From NCBI GenBank assembly GCA_026396805.1, contig JAPLVZ010000004.1, positions 13,601 to 77,600 of the forward strand: DNA of 64,000 nt. Reading direction: 5' to 3'. Positions 59,655 to 64,000 of the stretch are shown here, one piece after another. Source of the stretch: Candidatus Falkowbacteria bacterium. Lineage in GTDB: Bacteria > Patescibacteriota > Patescibacteriia > Patescibacteriales > UBA12465. Within the stretch, counting starts at the first letter, position 1. The number at the start of each line of letters is the position of its first letter. Below the pieces are notes generated by a model. That model had not been told where the DNA came from and made no database searches. It saw only the letters and a list, made by a program, of their open reading frames with translations. Position numbers and translations under genes: made by a program.

Positions 59655-60506
59655 CTAAATTCTAAAGAAATTACGCGCGGTCGCCGTGGTTATTTCCGCC
59701 ACTTTTTCCAGCTTTATCCCTCTGATATCGGCAATCCGGTTAGCGACATATTGGACCAGGACGGGTTCATTGCGCTGACCGCGATAAGGCTCGGGAGTCA
59801 TATACGGAGTATCAGTTTCAATCATTAACTTATTTAAAGGAATCTTTCTGATTAAGTCATCCCATTGCTTGCTGAAAGTGATCAGCCCCGTGAAAGAAAT
59901 GAGCAGACCGAGGCGGAAATATTTCCAAGCTAGATCTTCGTCGCCGGAAAAACAGTGGACAACGCCCCAAGGGCGGTCGGCTGGAATCAGGTGGCCGTAT
60001 TCTTTTTTGAAATCGCTTAGTATTATCAGGAGATCATCATGCGCTTGACGGCAATGGATAATCGCCGGCAAATCCAGACTGCGCGCCAGGAGTAATTGCT
60101 GGGCAAAAATTTCGTGCTGTTTTTTCTTGATCGCCTGCATATCTTTAGTCGGATCAAGATGATAATAATCCAAACCGATTTCGCCGATGGCCACGACTTT
60201 CTCAAACTTGGCCATTTTTTCATAACTGTCATAATCAAATTCTTCGGCACGGACGACAAAACTGGAATTAACGCCTTCTTCCCCGGTCTCCACCGGACCA
60301 TCCTCGAGGTGGACCGGATGCAAACCGATGGCGGCGTAAACGCCTTTCTCGTATTTATTCGCGTAATTAAGCGCTCGGGCGGAAGTCTTCAGTTCGGAAC
60401 CGACTAAAATCATCCAGGTATTATCGCCTAAAGACCGGCGGATAACCTCATCGGCGTCGTCTTTGAAGGCGGTAAAATTAACATGGGCGTGAGTGTCTAT
60501 GAACAT
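59655..60506 (-). CDS. tatD: TatD-family metal-dependent hydrolase/DNase
   Basis: MFIDTHAHVNF (HxH) and later conserved His/Asp residues. 283 aa. Confidence 0.8.
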   Translation of the reverse strand: MFIDTHAHVNFTAFKDDADEVIRRSLGDNTWMILVGSELKTSARALNYANKYEKGVYAAIGLHPVHLEDGPVETGEEGVNSSFVVRAEEFDYDSYEKMAKFEKVVAIGEIGLDYYHLDPTKDMQAIKKKQHEIFAQQLLLARSLDLPAIIHCRQAHDDLLIILSDFKKEYGHLIPADRPWGVVHCFSGDEDLAWKYFRLGLLISFTGLITFSKQWDDLIRKIPLNKLMIETDTPYMTPEPYRGQRNEPVLVQYVANRIADIRGIKLEKVAEITTATARNFFRI

Positions 60507-60529
60507 GATTTTATTTTAACAAATTACCC

Positions 60530-61642
60530 TTAAATATCCAATCCTTCCAGCGCCTGCTTCTGTTTTTTATTTAAATTTTTCGGAATCTCAACTACGACCT
60601 TGACGAATTGGTCGCCGATGCCGCGATTGTTTAATCTCTGGACACCCTTCTCTCTTAATTTAAACACCGTCCCCGATTGCGTGCCTTCCGGAATCTTTAA
60701 TTTAATCAGCCCGCGGATAGTATCCACCTCAATCTTATCACCCAGGATGGCTTGTCTGATGTTAATTATCTCTTCCGTTCGGATATCATAGCCGGCGCGG
60801 ATAAATTTCTTATGAGCTCTAACTACGACCCGTAAATATAGATCGCCGGCTGACGCGCCCTTCTGGCCCGCTTCGCCTTGACCGCTTAGCCTGATAGATT
60901 CACCGTCGTTAATACCGGCCGGAATACGGACCTTAAAATTAACATGGTCATGATAAACGCCGCCACCGCTACACTTCGTGCATTTTTGGGAATAAGTTTT
61001 TCCTTCACCGTCGCAGTGAGGACAAACTGTCCGCGTCTGAATATTGCCTAAAATAGTGCGCTGCAGGCGGCTCACTTGACCGGAACCGTTACAGGTCGGG
61101 CAAGTTTCTATTTTGGCGCCCGGTTCAACGCCATTGCCTTTGCAGCGGTCACAAGTAATATTCTTTGAAAAATTAATTTCTTTTTCTAATCCGAAAACGG
61201 CCTCCAAAAAATCCAAACTAACTTTCATTTCCAAATCACGACCGCTCCGGCCGGCGGATTGTTTCCGGGAAGCGCCGCGATTCGCGCCGCCGCCAAAGCC
61301 GAAAATATCCCCGAAGCCGCCGAACATGTCGCCCAAATCTTCAAAATCAAAACCGGCGCCGTTCTGGAAACCGGAAAAGCCGCCCGCGCCGCCGAAGCCG
61401 CCCGCGTTAAAACCGCCGCCGCCGGCTTGGCCATTCTGGAAAGCGGAGCCGAATTGGTCATACTGCTTTCTTTTTTCCGTATTGCCTAAAACCTGATTGG
61501 CTTCATTGATTTCTTTGAATTTTTCCGCGTTGCCACCTTTATCCGGATGATGCTCATGCGCTTTTTTGCGGAAAGCCGTCTTGATTTCATCGGGAGAGGC
61601 ATTTTTGGAGACGCCGAGAATATTGTAATAATCTTTGGACAT
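60530..61642 (-). CDS. dnaJ: chaperone DnaJ
   Basis: J-domain HPD, G/F-rich region, four CxxCxGxG zinc-finger repeats, C-terminal substrate-binding domains. Confidence 0.9.
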   Translation of the reverse strand: MSKDYYNILGVSKNASPDEIKTAFRKKAHEHHPDKGGNAEKFKEINEANQVLGNTEKRKQYDQFGSAFQNGQAGGGGFNAGGFGGAGGFSGFQNGAGFDFEDLGDMFGGFGDIFGFGGGANRGASRKQSAGRSGRDLEMKVSLDFLEAVFGLEKEINFSKNITCDRCKGNGVEPGAKIETCPTCNGSGQVSRLQRTILGNIQTRTVCPHCDGEGKTYSQKCTKCSGGGVYHDHVNFKVRIPAGINDGESIRLSGQGEAGQKGASAGDLYLRVVVRAHKKFIRAGYDIRTEEIINIRQAILGDKIEVDTIRGLIKLKIPEGTQSGTVFKLREKGVQRLNNRGIGDQFVKVVVEIPKNLNKKQKQALEGLDI

Positions 61643-61660
61643 AATTAAATTAATAGATGG

Positions 61661-62545
61661 CTAAACGGTAAACACATTTATTCTATTTAAAGTATTGGGA
61701 TTAACACCTTTAAATCTCTTGAAAGCGACTTGAAAATTATTTACTTTTGTTATCTGATGAATCATTTTCAAGCGGGAAGCCGGCGGGATTTGTTTTCCAG
61801 CAGAATCATATAAACCGGGAAAATAAGAATAACAGAAAAACAGTCCGCCTTTTTTAACTTTTTTACCAACTTTCTTGGTCACTTCCGTCAAAACTTTTAA
61901 GAGACTATCTTCCTCGGTATTACCGGTCAAGTAATTTAAGACGTTAGACAAATTTATAATATCAAATTTACCCTTTAATTTCTTACTTATTAAGATATCA
62001 TTTATATCCAGCTCTAAGGATCGCCAGCTTTTATTTTGAATGATATTCTTGCACTTTAAATAATTCTTTTCATTTTTCAAATAAATATTAATGCGAGCCG
62101 CTGAAGATTTTATCATGGCACGCTGGCGAAAATAATCAGATTTAATCAGCCGCTTTCCGTCGTCTTTAAATTCTTTATAGATTTTATTAAAAAACTTTTG
62201 AGTATTAGCTGATAAATTTTGTTTTAATTTGTCATATAAATTAATATCCAAAGTTCCGCTTATCATATCTTTGCCAAAAAATTTGATAAATTCTAAATAA
62301 GTTAAGTTAAGAAGAGCGGATACTTTAAGTTCTAAGATAAAAGACGCGTATTTATTAATATCAAATCCCAGTACCTCTTTAGCGCCGAAAAAATAAGCAT
62401 TAACGATCTGATCGCCCGAACCGATTATACTTAAAACTCTCTTATTTTTCATATCCAGCTTACTATAATATTCAGACACCATTTCTGTGGCATAAATATA
62501 CATTGGCGATTTACCGGTCATTTCTTGATGAGAAGGTTTAGACAT
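61661..62545 (-). CDS. AT-rich hypothetical protein, possible class I SAM-dependent methyltransferase-like
   Basis: VLSIIGSGDQ (GxGxG-like) and DIINLSNVLNY. 294 aa, with an AT-rich composition unlike the flanking chaperone genes. Confidence 0.3.
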   Translation of the reverse strand: MSKPSHQEMTGKSPMYIYATEMVSEYYSKLDMKNKRVLSIIGSGDQIVNAYFFGAKEVLGFDINKYASFILELKVSALLNLTYLEFIKFFGKDMISGTLDINLYDKLKQNLSANTQKFFNKIYKEFKDDGKRLIKSDYFRQRAMIKSSAARINIYLKNEKNYLKCKNIIQNKSWRSLELDINDILISKKLKGKFDIINLSNVLNYLTGNTEEDSLLKVLTEVTKKVGKKVKKGGLFFCYSYFPGLYDSAGKQIPPASRLKMIHQITKVNNFQVAFKRFKGVNPNTLNRINVFTV

Positions 62546-62574
62546 AATAATGGTCTAAATATAAACTTAAGAAG

Positions 62575-63345
62575 TTAATTAAGAGATTTAAGCCATTTAT
62601 TCATGATAGAATAAATTTCTTTTAAATGTTTATCGTCACGAAAACTATGCGGAGCATTTTTAATGATGTGAAGCTCCTTGCGACAATTTAATTTATCAAA
62701 CAATATTTGCTGACGAAACAACGGACAAGGAATATCCTCTTCGCCGACCAATAAAAGAGTCGGCATCGTTATCTTTTCTAATTTATCTAACAGGTCATGT
62801 TTCACGGAGTCTTTAGCGTATGACCATTTTAATCTTTTCATTAAACCGGGTCTCGAACCGCTTTCAGCCGCGAGCCAACCGGTCTTTTCCCAATTAACTA
62901 AATCATCCTTATAATAATCTTCTAAAAGCCAGCGGCCGGAAATAACGGTCGCGAGCGGCGCCAAAGCTTTGATTCTCTCGGGATACTTCTCGGCGTAAAG
63001 GCCGGAGCAGATGCCACCTAAACTATGTCCGCATAAGACAAATGGCTCCTGATACCATGGTTGGCTTTTCGCCCAAGCAATAACATCTTCTAAGTCTTCA
63101 TAATAATTAGTAATAGTCGCGTCCTCATAGTTACCTTCGCTCTCACCATACGTATGCGTGGCATCAAATCTGATTGTCGTATAACCATTATCATAAAAGA
63201 CCTTAGCAAAAGTTGTAATGTGTGGCGCACTCTTAATCCCGCCCAACCCGTGCATCACAAAAGCCAATCCGATTGGTTTCTCCGGTTTTTCTATCACGAC
63301 CGCGATTTTTTTATCGTGACGATTTTTTATGAAAAGTTTTTCCAT
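62575..63345 (-). CDS. alpha/beta-hydrolase fold esterase/lipase
   Basis: Nucleophile elbow GHSLGG with an HG oxyanion motif upstream. 256 aa, AT-rich. Confidence 0.7.
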   Translation of the reverse strand: MEKLFIKNRHDKKIAVVIEKPEKPIGLAFVMHGLGGIKSAPHITTFAKVFYDNGYTTIRFDATHTYGESEGNYEDATITNYYEDLEDVIAWAKSQPWYQEPFVLCGHSLGGICSGLYAEKYPERIKALAPLATVISGRWLLEDYYKDDLVNWEKTGWLAAESGSRPGLMKRLKWSYAKDSVKHDLLDKLEKITMPTLLLVGEEDIPCPLFRQQILFDKLNCRKELHIIKNAPHSFRDDKHLKEIYSIMNKWLKSLN

Positions 63346-63361
63346 ATTTATTTCTTAACAA

Positions 63362-63398
63362 ATCACCCCTAAATCCGCCAGCCGGCGGAAGAGGTGAT
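63362..63398 (-). terminator. compound GC-rich hairpin downstream of dnaK
   Basis: ATCACCCCT ... TCCGCCAGCCGGCGGA ... AGAGGTGAT nested stems. It is followed by an AT-rich run rather than a clean U-tract. Confidence 0.3.
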
Positions 63399-63412
63399 CT
63401 ATAAGAGCTAAA

Positions 63413-64000
63413 TTATTTCTTCTCTTCCACCTCGCCCTCAACGACATTATCGTCTTTTTTCTCGCCGGCCTGTCCGGCCTCGGCTCCTCCGGCTTGTCCC
63501 GCGCCAGCCTCTCCGGTCGCACCGGCATTAGCGCCCGGCTGTTGGTACATGGCCGCGCCGATTCGCTGCGCAATCGTATTGATTTCTTCCATTTTCTTTT
63601 TCATGTCTTCTAGATTGCCGGAATCTTTGGCTTTCTTCAGTTCGGCGTTCTTGTCTTCCAATTCTTTCTTATCCTCGGGTTTCATCTTCTCGCCACTTTC
63701 CTTAATCATCTTTTCCATAGTGAAATTGACGGCGTCGGCCTGATTCTTTATTTCCACTTCTTCTTTTTTCTTTTTATCTTCTTCGGCGTGCAATTCGGCC
63801 TCTTTTTTCATCTTTTCAACTTCTTCTTTGGAGAGGCCGGAAGAAGCGGTAATGGTAATCTTTTGCTGTTTATTTGTCGCCTTATCGGTCGCGGAAACAT
63901 TTAAAATACCATTGGCGTCTAAATCAAATTTAACCTCTACTTGAGGCACGCCGCGCGGCGCGGATGGAAGGCCGTCCAAAGTAAAATGACCTAATGTTTT
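63413..64000 (-). CDS. dnaK: chaperone DnaK, C-terminal part (5' end beyond window)
   Basis: ...[36 protein letters not shown]..., then the helical lid and a Gly/Ala-rich tail ending EEKK. The frame continues off the window edge. Confidence 0.9.
   Translation of the reverse strand, partial: KTLGHFTLDGLPSAPRGVPQVEVKFDLDANGILNVSATDKATNKQQKITITASSGLSKEEVEKMKKEAELHAEEDKKKKEEVEIKNQADAVNFTMEKMIKESGEKMKPEDKKELEDKNAELKKAKDSGNLEDMKKKMEEINTIAQRIGAAMYQQPGANAGATGEAGAGQAGGAEAGQAGEKKDDNVVEGEVEEKK

Noticed and set aside
61113-61496. Pro/Lys-rich 127-aa ORF
   Set aside because: It is the reverse-frame image of the dnaJ Gly/Phe-rich region.

Overview
This 64-kb window looks like a compact, gene-dense bacterial chromosome segment. 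About 90% is coding, and the background is roughly 50% GC, with several markedly AT-rich patches. The gene content fits a small-genome, CPR/Patescibacteria-like organism (low confidence): a short F-type ATP synthase delta subunit, dnaK and dnaJ without grpE between them, tandem GT2 glycosyltransferases, and many lipoproteins or TM-anchored secreted proteins. All calls rest on reading motifs in the ORF translations and the raw sequence. No database search was run, and coordinates of regulatory elements are accurate to a few nt.

Clear housekeeping genes:
- Chaperones and proteases: clpB, with a perfect CIRCE operator behind a near-consensus sigma-70 promoter.
- Translation and tRNA modification: def, fmt, rplU, gatB, miaA, miaB, queH.
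- Replication and repair: dnaB, ybaB-recR.
- Cell envelope: murA, uppS, a MraY/WecA-type transferase, mltG, an L,D-transpeptidase, galU plus three tandem GT2 genes.
- Nucleotide metabolism: a dTMP module (dCMP deaminase, tandem-domain ThyX-like, T4-gp1-like dNMP kinase, Tmk-dUTPase fusion).
- Energy and stress: a complete F1Fo ATP synthase operon (atpZ-B-E-F-H-A-G-D-C) and tatD-dnaJ-dnaK.
- Three tRNA genes: Glu-CUC, Lys-UUU and Thr-UGU.

Most interesting candidates:
1. A roughly 5-kb AT-rich island next to tRNA-Glu. It carries a TaqI-like gamma-class N6-adenine MTase with an overlapping putative REase, a two-gene operon of unknowns (a small PD-(D/E)xK-like protein and a zinc-ribbon protein), and a 586-aa protein whose C-terminal region has a caspase/CHAT-like His-Cys dyad. 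This is a candidate defence island and possibly an undescribed system.
2. A membrane-anchored double-AAA+ Hsp100 paralog whose D1 ring has a natural Walker-B E-to-N change and no arginine finger. It is divergently paired with the CIRCE-controlled clpB.
3. A Tmk-Dut fusion, a tandem ThyX and a phage-like dNMP kinase in one cluster.
4. An antisense small membrane-protein gene, with its own promoter and terminator, inserted between atpG and atpD.
5. A small Gly/Ser/Asn-rich peptide gene with an extended -10 promoter and a terminator that overlaps the miaB stop.
6. An AT-rich two-gene insertion (alpha/beta hydrolase plus a methyltransferase-like protein) between dnaK and dnaJ.
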